A stretch of DNA of 64,000 nucleotides. It comes from a virus. Below are positions 20,032 through 30,006 of this stretch, in pieces. A program made the translations under genes and the position numbers. How positions within the stretch are numbered: position 1 is the stretch's first letter; each line of letters starts with the position of its first letter. Under the pieces are notes generated by a model. That model searched no databases, was not told the DNA's origin, and saw nothing but the letters and a program-made list of their open reading frames with translations. The stretch spans positions 1-64,000 of the IMG/VR virus record IMGVR_UViG_3300020034_000004; one strand, 5' to 3'.

Positions 20032-20877
20032 CTACGTCACCCGTGAATCTTCTATATAATCCTCGGCTGGGACAACCACAGCATTACTATAGTTTTCGTT
20101 TATTCTCTGTACCACTTTGTAACGACTCACACGCATCTTTCTGTCAGAACAATCCGTAGGGACAGACACAACATCGCGAGGATTGACGTGTACCTCAAGG
20201 ACAAGTCCTGCACTGAAAGAATGTGCATAATCCCATGTTCCCACGTGTAGACCAACATGGCAACCAACACGAGGGTCAGCAGTTACCTGACTACGAGGCA
20301 TGGTAATTACCGAGCCTGCATCGTTAGGTACATTTCCGTCCACCGGAGTGCCATCAACAATCGCTGGACCTGTATGGATGCTTTCAAAGCCAATCTTTCG
20401 TCCCTCATTATCGAAACGAGGCTGTACTCCCTTATAGCCAACAATGTCACCATCAAGAGTAATGGAGAATTCTGCTGCCTGTAACCAGCGATGAAGATTT
20501 TCACGACTGTGTTGTTCTGGATTCTGAGCAATCTTCTCCCAGAACAACACAAGAGGCTTATAGTCTTCTACACCTTGCTGAAGAAAGCGCTTGATTTGGT
20601 CAGCCAATGAAGAATGCACAACATCACCATCGAACAATACTTCGTCACCATTGAAACTAATACGCTCAGACAAAGCAACCAATTTCTTTTGCAGAGTACC
20701 GCGAATATTGAACAAATCGTAGACATTCTCGTTTCCTTCAAATAGACCACGTTTGATACTTTCCCAATTTGGATGGTCTGATGTAGCAGTTACAATCGGC
20801 TCATCATTGTCTGGGAAAAACGCAACTACGCTTTCGCCACGGTCGCTTCGTGTAACACGATAACTAATTTCACTCAT
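20032..20877 (-). CDS. rIIB-like protein
   Basis: NP......L..WL....F.IT.DG.IVGYK, CHVGLHVG..Y, V.VNPRDVVSVP.D. Confidence 0.85.
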   Translation of the reverse strand: MSEISYRVTRSDRGESVVAFFPDNDEPIVTATSDHPNWESIKRGLFEGNENVYDLFNIRGTLQKKLVALSERISFNGDEVLFDGDVVHSSLADQIKRFLQQGVEDYKPLVLFWEKIAQNPEQHSRENLHRWLQAAEFSITLDGDIVGYKGVQPRFDNEGRKIGFESIHTGPAIVDGTPVDGNVPNDAGSVITMPRSQVTADPRVGCHVGLHVGTWDYAHSFSAGLVLEVHVNPRDVVSVPTDCSDRKMRVSRYKVVQRINENYSNAVVVPAEDYIEDSRVT

Positions 20878-20934
20878 AGTTTACTTCCTTTCTTGCCGCC
20901 AACAATTGTGGCGAGTATTGTTCTAATATTAATA

Positions 20935-22896
20935 TCAAATAGATTTATTCACTCTGGCCTGATACGCAGCATTTATATAAATTACGATATCATCAATCAT
21001 ATCAGAAGACCTATAAAAACTAAGACCTTCTAATAATGTATAACTGTCGAACGGATTATACTGGTTATTAGAATCACCAGGGCCAAATCTTTTGAACTTA
21101 TACTTTCTACCGGTCATTCCTGCTAGCTGGTAATGGCGATTATATTCAGACAGGTGTGAATCTTTATTCTCTAGGGCGGCCTGGAGGCTCTTAATTTCCG
21201 GGTCATGAATTTTGCTATTCTTTAGTCTTTCTACCCACTGTGTAACTACTGATGTCAGCGACAAAATCTTCTTACCAGTAGGTGACAGAAGCTTTTTACC
21301 ATCCCAAGTAATATAGGACTCCATATAATCCATAAAGCTCTTAGCCTTCGGATTTTCCCTAAGAAATTTAGCCTTACGATTGGCCGGTAAGATTACAACA
21401 ACACCATCATCATCTATTAACTTAAGAATGTTTACAATCGACATAGAAGTTGGCAACCGATTCTTGGCAACAGTTTCAATGTAATACAGGATAGCATTGT
21501 TTGGAATAGTCTTCTCACCGTGGAACTGATGCTTATCGTAATAGTCCCAACTACCAGCGATTCGCCCTGGAACTGTTGTGGTAGTCTTCGCTGGCCTATT
21601 CTTCTTCGGAGCACGCTCCTTCAACTTCTCCCAGGTGATAACCCTATCGGCTGGTACCCAATCAACCTGAAGATTCTTTTCAGATGTAAGCAATACATAG
21701 CTTACATCTGTAGCAAAGGCGTTGATATAATCACGCACTTTTGACTTGGTGTAACTAGTCGGAACATCTGGAGCCTCAAGCACAAACAGTGATGTAGTAA
21801 TTTCATGCAAGCTCCACTGGTGAACGGGATATAGACTTGAACGATTATAGCCATCAACTAAAAACCGTCGACCAGTAACCGGAAAGACATCGATAAGCTT
21901 CTTACCGTCAAAAGACATTTCATGATAGTCGGTTTGGCCTAGCTTGCCAGACCACTTTCTGCGAGCCAACCAGGCATCGTAGTAAGTACTTGCTGACTCA
22001 ATATCCTTTTTAGATTGTTTACGTACTTTCTCCTGAAAGTCATCAATAATCTTTTCTAGAGCATCTTTTGTGCGGTCAGTGTATGCCAAGTCTTCACGGG
22101 TTTTAGAAAAATCAACCGCACCTATTGGAACATAAGCGACAAAGGAGACGCTGTTAATACCACGTGTACTGAATAGAGAGTTTGAATTATTGATTTTATA
22201 TGGAACATTACCCATAACAAGATAGGACGTTCCTTCGACAGTGGAATAATAAAGATTGTCATCAATCTTTTCACCTACCGCTCTATTGGGTACCACACCA
22301 TCGACTAAAACGGTACCAGGAAGCCAAAACCGATAAAAATCTTCGGCCTTTTGAGTAAATTCTTGATAATCTTTACTGACCGGGATGGTAATTTTTGTAC
22401 CGTTTTGTTTGTCAGTTTGCTTATGAGAAGCAATCGTCAAAGTGATTGCATAATCTTGTGCACGGCTGACAAGCCCGTGGGTTGTCCAACCATCTTTAGT
22501 CGAGGCCACTTCAAATTGGTCACTGTATGCAGCGGCGGCTTTGGAGCCGAACCCGAGCATACCATTTTGATTGTTGTCTCCACGTTTGGTTGAATCACCG
22601 AAACTAGTCCAAACGTCACGCAGAGTGTCCAATGACATACCGACACCAAAATCTTCTACCTCAAAATATGGATGATACAGAGTCGGAAGGGTGATTCTAA
22701 TGGGAACATCTGTCGTACCAGCTTCTACGTGAGCATCCCAGGCATTAGTACTATATTCACGAATACATGCTGTGATAATATCTGAATAAAGGTCTGACAG
22801 AGAATACATAATCCATCGCGGGTCACCAATTTTAAAATCTACAACTTCACCAGGAAGCTCGCCTGTCTGTATTAGCCTAAGTCCTTGCGGAATCAT
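20935..22896 (-). CDS. rIIA-like protein (GHKL/HATPase N-terminus)
   Basis: LYSD...ACIREYSTNA.DAH, D.GVGM, G.LGFGSK; adjacent to rIIB. Confidence 0.85.
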   Translation of the reverse strand: MIPQGLRLIQTGELPGEVVDFKIGDPRWIMYSLSDLYSDIITACIREYSTNAWDAHVEAGTTDVPIRITLPTLYHPYFEVEDFGVGMSLDTLRDVWTSFGDSTKRGDNNQNGMLGFGSKAAAAYSDQFEVASTKDGWTTHGLVSRAQDYAITLTIASHKQTDKQNGTKITIPVSKDYQEFTQKAEDFYRFWLPGTVLVDGVVPNRAVGEKIDDNLYYSTVEGTSYLVMGNVPYKINNSNSLFSTRGINSVSFVAYVPIGAVDFSKTREDLAYTDRTKDALEKIIDDFQEKVRKQSKKDIESASTYYDAWLARRKWSGKLGQTDYHEMSFDGKKLIDVFPVTGRRFLVDGYNRSSLYPVHQWSLHEITTSLFVLEAPDVPTSYTKSKVRDYINAFATDVSYVLLTSEKNLQVDWVPADRVITWEKLKERAPKKNRPAKTTTTVPGRIAGSWDYYDKHQFHGEKTIPNNAILYYIETVAKNRLPTSMSIVNILKLIDDDGVVVILPANRKAKFLRENPKAKSFMDYMESYITWDGKKLLSPTGKKILSLTSVVTQWVERLKNSKIHDPEIKSLQAALENKDSHLSEYNRHYQLAGMTGRKYKFKRFGPGDSNNQYNPFDSYTLLEGLSFYRSSDMIDDIVIYINAAYQARVNKSI

Positions 22897-22922
22897 TAGT
22901 TTCCCTTCATAATCGTATCAAA

Positions 22923-23318
22923 TCAGTCTAGTGTATCTTCATCATATTCATCAAGGAATCTCTGCAAATCTGGGTCTGGCAATTCTAGCTCATCATCGGG
23001 GACGGGAATATTCAAATCAATCTGTCCAGTAAGAGCACCACTTTGGGCCCAATCAAAAACGCTGGTCTCGTGGTCTTCCATAAATACCGTGAAGGTTATA
23101 ATGTTACGGGTCAATAGATATTCAATTTCTTCATCAAAACAAGACTTGCTCAGCACGAATCCGCCGGTACCCATTGATATGTTATCTTCTTCAGACCCAG
23201 ATAACACTGAAAACCATTCAGTTAAGTCTTGCGTTGCACCTTCAATTGTATAGATGTCCGGGCGGTCAGTAGCCATAAATAGTGCTCCTGCTCTAATGAA
23301 TTCTGACAAATTTACCAT
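22923..23318 (-). CDS. Acidic hypothetical protein
   Basis: Coupled ORF. Confidence 0.65.
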   Translation of the reverse strand: MVNLSEFIRAGALFMATDRPDIYTIEGATQDLTEWFSVLSGSEEDNISMGTGGFVLSKSCFDEEIEYLLTRNIITFTVFMEDHETSVFDWAQSGALTGQIDLNIPVPDDELELPDPDLQRFLDEYDEDTLD

Positions 23319-23611
23319 CAGTAGCTACTCCATCTCTTCTCAGTAAACTCTCTTAAGAACTGCTTTCGTATCATCAACTTTGACCCATGAGACGGGGTAT
23401 GCTGTTCAATCCATCTAGCGGCTTCCCTCTCATTATCAAAATATGGTGATACTTTATGTGTTTCAGGTGGCTCGTATCTACTGAATTCATCAGTAGATGC
23501 GTCTCTTATTTCTAATATATACCACCGCTCATCAAGAATAGGAAGAGAGCTAACTTTCTGTCTCTCTTCCATTATTTCATCTAATAGTGTTTTTACTTCG
23601 GTCATCTTCAC
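23318..23611 (-). CDS. Hypothetical protein
   Basis: Coupled ORF. Confidence 0.6.
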   Translation of the reverse strand: MKMTEVKTLLDEIMEERQKVSSLPILDERWYILEIRDASTDEFSRYEPPETHKVSPYFDNEREAARWIEQHTPSHGSKLMIRKQFLREFTEKRWSSY

Positions 23612-23713
23612 AATCCGGACATAGTTTTGATGACGACTCGGTGTCGTCTAAGAAAAGTCTACCACAATTAGTGCACCGTCGCAATAGACTTCCACCTTCA
23701 GATTCCCATTCCA

Positions 23714-24118
23714 TTATCTGTTTAGACATTTGTGTCTCAAATATATGAAGCCAGAAAGAATAGTCAGAGTCAAGCTGTCAACATATGCACTGAATCCCCA
23801 GCCGAAAATTAACATTTCTAAAATAAAAGCAAAGGTAGACATACAATAAACACCCATGAGAGCCCAACCATGCAATTTATTTTTCTCATTCACCTTCGCA
23901 TACACTAAAAGTGACCCCAAAGTCACGAAGAGTACACCAAATATGATAAACGACATTTGACTACCGAGTACAGCAGCTAACACAGTTTGCCCTGCGACGG
24001 CATCAGAAATTCCTGTTTGTACTCCCCCAAGAATGAAGATACCCGAGATAATATATTCAATAATGTCCACGGCTTTCTTCATGCCATCGCTGGCCAACCA
24101 AGGACGCAACGATTTCAT
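23714..24118 (-). CDS. 4-TM membrane protein (leaderless)
   Basis: Four hydrophobic helices; TATGAT-N6-ATG. Confidence 0.7.
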   Translation of the reverse strand: MKSLRPWLASDGMKKAVDIIEYIISGIFILGGVQTGISDAVAGQTVLAAVLGSQMSFIIFGVLFVTLGSLLVYAKVNEKNKLHGWALMGVYCMSTFAFILEMLIFGWGFSAYVDSLTLTILSGFIYLRHKCLNR

Positions 24119-24169
24119 GTCTTAATCATACCTCGCATCCCTAGCCAACGCAAATGATTTTCTAATAGT

Positions 24170-24203
24170 AAAACCCCGTGCTTGCCTGACGAAAGCACGG
24201 GGT
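24170..24203 (-). terminator. Intrinsic terminator closing the tRNA operon
   Basis: ACCCCGTGCTT-loop-AAGCACGGGGTTTT. Confidence 0.7.
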
Positions 24204-24215
24204 GATTTGTTAAAG

Positions 24216-24289
24216 TGCCCTCTGTGGGATTCGAACCCACACTGTTGACATTTTAAGTGTCTTGTCTCCTGCCGTTGGACTAAGAGGGC
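24216..24289 (-). tRNA. tRNA-Leu(UAA), short variable arm
   Basis: GCCCTCT acceptor; AGACA-CT-TAA-AA-TGTCA; GGTTCGAATCC. Confidence 0.92.
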
Positions 24290-24518
24290 GTGCTACTTTT
24301 TGATTCTTACCTCGATTAGTCTCATGGTAGGGCATACATGTGGTGTATGCCCTACCATGAGAGCAGAAGGCGGTAGAATTAACTACCGCCCGGGAGTGCA
24401 CTCCCTGTATCGCCACCAGATACCAAAGCCTTGGGTCGTCAACCTGCCCAAGAAGGCCGGTACTCAGATTCCGGAAATGAGTACCATCTTAAGTCTTATA
24501 GATTTACCCAAATGCTAT

Positions 24519-24614
24519 TCACTTGTCATCCTTGTCAGGCATTGGCATTTCAGGTCCCTCTTCAGGGTCCATTGGCTCAGTGTCTGGATTTGGGTAATCT
24601 GGAACTGTTGTCAT
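24519..24614 (-). CDS. 31-aa Pro/Asp/Glu-rich peptide
   Basis: MTTVPDYPNPDTEPMDPEEGPEMPMPDKDDK; GGAGGTG RBS. Confidence 0.55.
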   Translation of the reverse strand: MTTVPDYPNPDTEPMDPEEGPEMPMPDKDDK

Positions 24615-24664
24615 TTATATCACCTCCGGTTAAGGAGATAGAATGAACTGACTAGTTCATTACG

Positions 24665-24738
24665 TGGCTCCGGTGAGATTCGAACTCACACTGTACAGGG
24701 TTTGAATCTGTCGCCTCCTGCCGTTGGGCTACGAAGCC
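24665..24738 (-). tRNA. tRNA-Leu(CAA), short variable arm
   Basis: ACAGA-TT-CAA-AC-CCTGT. Confidence 0.92.
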
Positions 24739-24850
24739 ATGTGTCTTTACGCCCCCGGGCAGTGCCTCAGGGCCGGTAATAAGATAGTTTGGGCTATCTA
24801 CATCCCGCAAGCCGTTTCATCCCAAAATTACTTTAGCCTGTATTACAACG

Positions 24851-24923
24851 TAGCGATACTCGGATTCGAACCGAGAGCATAAGAAGGTCTAAGCTTCTTT
24901 GGTCTACCGTTGCCTATATCGCC
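24851..24923 (-). tRNA. tRNA-Leu(UAG), short variable arm
   Basis: AGAAG-CT-TAG-AC-CTTCT. Confidence 0.85.
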
Positions 24924-25429
24924 ATATTCAATTTATCAAAGAATTCTTTGTTTTTCCAACTTCTACTAGTTGGACATTGACTATGACAATTTGGACAAAG
25001 AAAACGTAAGTTCTCTAACAAATTGTTCAACCAATCTCCATCAATGTGGTCAACCTCTAAACACAATGGCTTTCCACACCATACCGGCTCAGGATTTGGA
25101 CACCCTTCCCCAATACATTTATGTGGCACTCCTGATTGCAACATGGCTCTACGAAGTTGTGCACCCTTGGGCCTCGCACTACCAATAGGCAACAAAATCA
25201 AAATATCTTCAGCTTTCTTTTGAAGTCTTGGAAATGTCATTCCCTTATTCCAATTTTGTCCAGTGAAGTGAGATGTGTTAATTTCAAATTTATCAATCAT
25301 ATTCTTGATATGAGTTTGGTTACCGCCCGCTTGTGGAATTTTCATATATCTCAAAACACCAGCAATAGATAAACTATTATTAACAGCTTCCTGAAGCCAT
25401 TCTTTTGTATATTTCCTTCTGGTAGTCAT
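24914..25429 (-). CDS. HNH homing endonuclease
   Basis: LEVDHIDGDWLNN..ENLRFLCPNCH; start MTTRRKY, leaderless. Confidence 0.9.
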   Translation of the reverse strand: MTTRRKYTKEWLQEAVNNSLSIAGVLRYMKIPQAGGNQTHIKNMIDKFEINTSHFTGQNWNKGMTFPRLQKKAEDILILLPIGSARPKGAQLRRAMLQSGVPHKCIGEGCPNPEPVWCGKPLCLEVDHIDGDWLNNLLENLRFLCPNCHSQCPTSRSWKNKEFFDKLNMAI

Positions 25430-25465
25430 ACTGTCATTGTAACATATTCGTCTACCAAAAGCAAG

Positions 25466-25546
25466 TACCGATGACAGGAGTCGAACCTGCAAACCTCGCG
25501 GCGATGCGGTCTAAGCGCATTGTGTTTACCGTTTCACCACATCGGC
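25466..25546 (-). tRNA. tRNA-Leu(UAG), long variable arm
   Basis: ATGCG-CT-TAG-AC-CGCAT. Confidence 0.92.
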
Positions 25547-25649
25547 ATAAAATAAAGGCTACCAAATACCTGTGGGAGCAGGCAAATGATACTTCAGGAC
25601 TCCCATCCAACTGCCGAGGGGATTGCTCCCGGCACGGCGACCTTTAACG

Positions 25650-25737
25650 CGGAAAATAAGGGATTCGAACCCTTGGTGGCCTTGCGACCACGCTTGATTA
25701 GCAATCAAGTACCTTAACCCAACTCAGTCAATTTTCC
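25650..25737 (-). tRNA. tRNA-Ser(GCU)
   Basis: CTTGA-TT-GCT-AA-TCAAG, long arm, G73. Confidence 0.93.
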
Positions 25738-25801
25738 TTAGATGATTGATGCGCTTCCCCGTTCCGAAGGTACCTTCGTGGAGCGTAGTCCATCAATCAA
25801 G

Positions 25802-25873
25802 TGGACAAGCCGGGATTCGAACCCGAAATAACACCGTGTCGAGGTGTCGTGATAACCGTTTCACTACCCGTCC
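25802..25873 (-). tRNA. tRNA-Val(GAC)
   Basis: ACACC-TC-GAC-AC-GGTGT. Confidence 0.88.
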
Positions 25874-26029
25874 ATAGGAGCGTGCGCACCAGCTACACCA
25901 CAAACCCACTTCTTTTCATTGATGCCGCATGCATACAGCCATCAACTACTAGGTAGCAGTAAGGACTCGAACCCTTCCTCTCCAACTAACTACTAGACTA
26001 CCAGAATCAAACTTTCTTGTCAAGTTCCA

Positions 26030-26569
26030 TTAGAAGGTTGCTTCAACAGTAATCTTGTCGTACTTCTTTGTAAAATCATCCGATGAATAACAACTAATAG
26101 CTTGCGTTTGTCCAGCTTCTAATGCATCAGTCGAACAATCAATATTTATGACAATCTCAGTGCCACTTAAGAATTTCACCGTAATAAACATTGTTGACTC
26201 TTCGTCTCCAACATTCTTAGCTTTGCCGGTCATTTCAACATCATCAATAAAATCAGCCTTAATTTTCCACCCTTTTAAAACTTGATGCTTACCAAGAACA
26301 AACGATTGTCCCAGCTTAATTTCACAGGGTTTATTCTTATCTTCATGATTTGCACATGCCACTGAGGATTCACTTGACTTAGCTGATGGCTTAGTGGTCG
26401 ATTTATTATTTTTCTTATCTGTTGGTGATGAAGCCGGTGTATCAACAACAAGGTTTGGAGTATCATCATCCTCTCCTTCAAGACTACTACTGACCAATGC
26501 AGTACAACCGACAGCCAGAACTACAAATGCCGTAATAATAGCAGCCACAATAATTAGAAACTTCTTCAC
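26030..26569 (-). CDS. Membrane-anchored protein or lipoprotein
   Basis: Signal/TM with AVGC, S/T/K linker. Confidence 0.75.
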   Translation of the reverse strand: MKKFLIIVAAIITAFVVLAVGCTALVSSSLEGEDDDTPNLVVDTPASSPTDKKNNKSTTKPSAKSSESSVACANHEDKNKPCEIKLGQSFVLGKHQVLKGWKIKADFIDDVEMTGKAKNVGDEESTMFITVKFLSGTEIVINIDCSTDALEAGQTQAISCYSSDDFTKKYDKITVEATF

Positions 26570-26809
26570 TTAGTTCTCTTTTCTATTAAATTCTTGATTT
26601 TAACTACCGCCCAAACAGGCGGTAGCAAGATGAATACTATCATATAGGAAACGATACGCCTAATCATAGTTTCTGTACCGGCCAGATGGTTTCGGCCTTC
26701 CACATCTTATACTTATGGTCGTACTTAATTGTCCAACGTGACTTAGACGCCCAAGCCATATAGTGCACTCGATGAATTAGTTCATTCCATTGAGGACTCC
26801 AGGTAAGCA

Positions 26810-27097
26810 TCAAACCCGCCGGTATTCAATAAATTCTTTGGTTTTTATAACCTTCTCAACTCGATTGAATTCGGCGTATTCCCATTCATAACCATAATCT
26901 CTATGCCAAGGAACATCGATTCTAAACATTTGATTTCCGGCGAATTCTAGAACCATCCAGACATCCTCGCCCCATGCCTCGTAAATAGCGATTACTTGCG
27001 CACACCCAAGTTCTGGAAACTCTACACTGTCCCTATTAGCAATCTCAGGTAGACCATAAGAATAGACTGCTTCTCTAAACTGTTGGAGGGTAATCAT
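26810..27097 (-). CDS. Hypothetical protein
   Basis: ORF; resembles 37222 and 50345 ORFs. Confidence 0.6.
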   Translation of the reverse strand: MITLQQFREAVYSYGLPEIANRDSVEFPELGCAQVIAIYEAWGEDVWMVLEFAGNQMFRIDVPWHRDYGYEWEYAEFNRVEKVIKTKEFIEYRRV

Positions 27098-27257
27098 TTT
27101 GAACTCTCAAAATATGCAATAAGTTTATCAATCTCTACCAAAGCTGCATCTATTCCTACATCGTAAAAATAACCAGAATCACCTTTATAACCATGATTAC
27201 TGGATTTTTCCTCAATTCGGGTACGTAAAGTTTCCAATGCTTCAATCCATTTATCCA

Positions 27258-27548
27258 TTATACCTCCGAAATTATTACTGCTTGTGAGAAATTAGCAAGA
27301 ATTCTATTAGCGACCTCATCTGTGAATTCCTCATTAAGGGTTAATTCGTTGATGGCGGCCAAAAGTAGATAAATAACGTTACTCATTGAAATTATGGCAC
27401 CCACGTCTGAGATATCAAATTCTTTACCCGGTGCATCCTCGATAGCACTAAGAATATCATCAATTGCTTCGTCTCGGCCGTTGATTGCTTCTCTGGCTAG
27501 TCTGTGTAATGCAACACCTTCTAGTAGTGCTTCAGCGCCGTTGACCAT
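27258..27548 (-). CDS. Hypothetical protein
   Basis: GAGG RBS. Confidence 0.6.
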   Translation of the reverse strand: MVNGAEALLEGVALHRLAREAINGRDEAIDDILSAIEDAPGKEFDISDVGAIISMSNVIYLLLAAINELTLNEEFTDEVANRILANFSQAVIISEV

Positions 27549-27753
27549 TATTTTTCCTCTCATGAAAACAAATAATACAAATATCTACTGTTGGAATTAT
27601 ACCGCCGTTTCGGCAAGATGGAATATAGTCATGTTTACCTATTTTACATAACAACTTTGTAACAATGTCTGACATTGAAAAGAGATTTCTAATCATAACA
27701 TTGCTCCTATCTATTTGAAAACCGGGCTCTAGAGTCATCAATATCAGGTCGCA

Positions 27754-28332
27754 TCAGAATTTTCCACTATACCGCAAAACCTTGCCATCCATTAGCTTCA
27801 TCAAATAACCGTAGCGAACAAGATTAAATCTAGCATCGTCTAGGGCGTTGTGCTTACCATCAGATTGCTGAGGCATATCTGGATTACCGGCCATTTTGAC
27901 TAACTGCTTCAGGTCACTCGTGAACATCGGGAACTTTGCAGGCAGGTCAACCATCGTACCAAATAGTTGACACAAGGCTACATGGTCGTATGCTCCATAC
28001 CATGCCCAGAAGTCGGGCTTAATGTCGTGGCAGAACTCCAAGATGCCTTGCCTGATTTGTCTCCGAGTCATCAATGCTGGGTCTCCCAATTCTAAATCTG
28101 GAACTGGTTGGCCGGTACCAGTGACATGACTCGTAATTATCTTATGACCAATACTGGTCATAACGTTATCCATTAACCAAGAATGCTTAGCAACTGCAAG
28201 AGTGTTGAATTCAGAAGATACGGCATAGAATTCCTTGCCGTCTTCACGAATCATGCCAATTGAAATAAGGTCGATTTCTTTATAGGTCTCTAGGAATTCT
28301 GTATCGTAAAATATTTTTTGTGTTTTAGGCAT
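27754..28332 (-). CDS. DEDD 3'-5' exoribonuclease (RNase AS/Rv2179c-like)
   Basis: FYDTEF.E, DLISIG, WAWYGAYDHV.L.QL.G.M..LP, HNAL.DAR. Confidence 0.88.
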   Translation of the reverse strand: MPKTQKIFYDTEFLETYKEIDLISIGMIREDGKEFYAVSSEFNTLAVAKHSWLMDNVMTSIGHKIITSHVTGTGQPVPDLELGDPALMTRRQIRQGILEFCHDIKPDFWAWYGAYDHVALCQLFGTMVDLPAKFPMFTSDLKQLVKMAGNPDMPQQSDGKHNALDDARFNLVRYGYLMKLMDGKVLRYSGKF

Positions 28333-28348
28333 ATTAATTCCTTCATTG

Positions 28349-28376
28349 AAAAAGCCGGTACACTAAGTACCGGCTT
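28349..28376 (-). terminator. Terminator hairpin built on TACCGGC
   Basis: AAGCCGGTAC-loop-GTACCGGCTTTTT on minus strand. Confidence 0.65.
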
Positions 28377-28518
28377 CTGCACAATCTGCACAAATCAATT
28401 CTACCCACTCAGCAAAACCATCTTCTAGTCTATCATCCATCACGATACCAGTAATCGTCTCAGCTACTGCTAACTCTCCACATCCATTAATACATTCTAC
28501 TGGATGACCCATAAATGA

Positions 28519-28827
28519 TTACTCATCTCTACCATGTGCACCATCACGTGCTTGACGTAAGACCCTAATCAAACGATTAACCTCTTGTCTGGTTAGGCTT
28601 TGTGTGTAATGCTGTCCTGTCTCATTATTCATAGCCAAACCTACCTTTGCCACTCCGATTTCCAAGTGACTGTTTCCTTTACCCCAACGAACAATTACCG
28701 CTCGTTGATAAGGAATACTAACTTCATTTCCTCTATCCAGGTGGCCTCTGGTTTCGGAAGCAAATTCCTCACCAATTCCTTTAATATCTACCAACTCTGG
28801 TCCTACAAATACAATTTCTTTTGGCAT
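28519..28827 (-). CDS. Hypothetical protein
   Basis: AGGAG RBS; L.R..VN.LI..LR.ARD.A.G.DE C-terminus. Confidence 0.65.
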   Translation of the reverse strand: MPKEIVFVGPELVDIKGIGEEFASETRGHLDRGNEVSIPYQRAVIVRWGKGNSHLEIGVAKVGLAMNNETGQHYTQSLTRQEVNRLIRVLRQARDGAHGRDE

Positions 28828-28940
28828 CACGCCGCTCCTTCTGGACATCGCGTCCTGGTATTTGAAAGTCGCTGCTTTCTGTAGACATTGCTGTCTACTC
28901 ACTATTCAATTGTATACCATTCGAGTCGATATGTCAAGAC

Positions 28941-29237
28941 TCAGGCGATACCGCGTGCACGAGCAGCGATAGCTGCCGCAGACAGTGCACAGGCAAGGTC
29001 ACCCTGACCCCAGCCAACAGTCTTTGTGGTTACACCACAGCCCTCACGAATAAGCTTTGACAGAGTAATTCCCTCAGTCATAACCTCAAGCTCAATCTCA
29101 GCCAACGTATTCTTAAGCTCGTCGGCCTTGACATCACGGTCCGAGGTAGTTATCGTCAAGGAATTTTTCTGTTCCGAATCCTTCATCGTGGATGTAACCG
29201 ATGTCTTTCCATCCACTAAGGAATTTATTGTCGTCAT
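28941..29237 (-). CDS. Hypothetical protein
   Basis: ORF with RBS. Confidence 0.65.
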   Translation of the reverse strand: MTTINSLVDGKTSVTSTMKDSEQKNSLTITTSDRDVKADELKNTLAEIELEVMTEGITLSKLIREGCGVTTKTVGWGQGDLACALSAAAIAARARGIA

Positions 29238-29982
29238 TTTGTTCTTCCTTTTCTTGGTACTCTAGATTTACATCCAACGTCTCCAACCAGTCCGCAATGT
29301 CTTCTCGCGTCCAGTCTTTGTCATTCTTCTTGTTTATATGACCTAATTCAAAATCATTCAAATGAATGATAATATCGTAAATATGTCCAGGGGCCATTTT
29401 TGTACACTTGCACGGATAAGATGCATACTTAGTCAGACCCGGAAAAGCTTTTCTCAAAAGAGTTAGCGAGTCCCAATACTTACCAGGTTTCACCGTCTCG
29501 TCCAGGAACGCGTCATCGTGCTTGGAGTTGGAGCCAGCACTATGCACCGCCCAGGCCGGTAGAGAATATTTTTCACCAAGAGTGTTGCTGGTTGTTATAA
29601 ACCCACCATATGCATATTTTTCCAACACTATATAGTCATAACAACTATCTTTCTCATTATAGATATCCGTTAGAGACTTAAGTTGTGAAATACTCCCCTG
29701 CCAACTCCAAGGGTTTTCTAGGGGAGGTTTCAACTGTTTGCGAATTCCTCTATCAATAAACGGTACCAGACTGGTCATTATAAAATTGACTAAATCTTTA
29801 CAATCAATCAGTAATTTTTCAGACAGACTCATTCTAATTATAATAGAATCCATTAAGAACGGACTCATTAGTATGAACTGAAGAGTGTAGGCATCTTGAT
29901 GGTTCGTAATTTCTTTAATGACAACTGTAGGGAACAGTTTCTTCAAACACCTAAATACTTCATTAATTACTAGATTAGGCAT
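29134..29982 (-). CDS. Hypothetical protein
   Basis: IIHLND...WTRE.IADWLE motif. Confidence 0.6.
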   Translation of the reverse strand: MPNLVINEVFRCLKKLFPTVVIKEITNHQDAYTLQFILMSPFLMDSIIIRMSLSEKLLIDCKDLVNFIMTSLVPFIDRGIRKQLKPPLENPWSWQGSISQLKSLTDIYNEKDSCYDYIVLEKYAYGGFITTSNTLGEKYSLPAWAVHSAGSNSKHDDAFLDETVKPGKYWDSLTLLRKAFPGLTKYASYPCKCTKMAPGHIYDIIIHLNDFELGHINKKNDKDWTREDIADWLETLDVNLEYQEKEEQNDDNKFLSGWKDIGYIHDEGFGTEKFLDDNYLGP

Positions 29983-30006
29983 ACATTCCTTCCCTAAGAA
30001 AATTTG

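Noticed and set aside
24740-24850. Hammerhead or theta-type ribozyme in tRNA spacers (also 39535-39633)
   Set aside because: Partial CTGA/GAAAC words are present, but I could not build a complete catalytic core.
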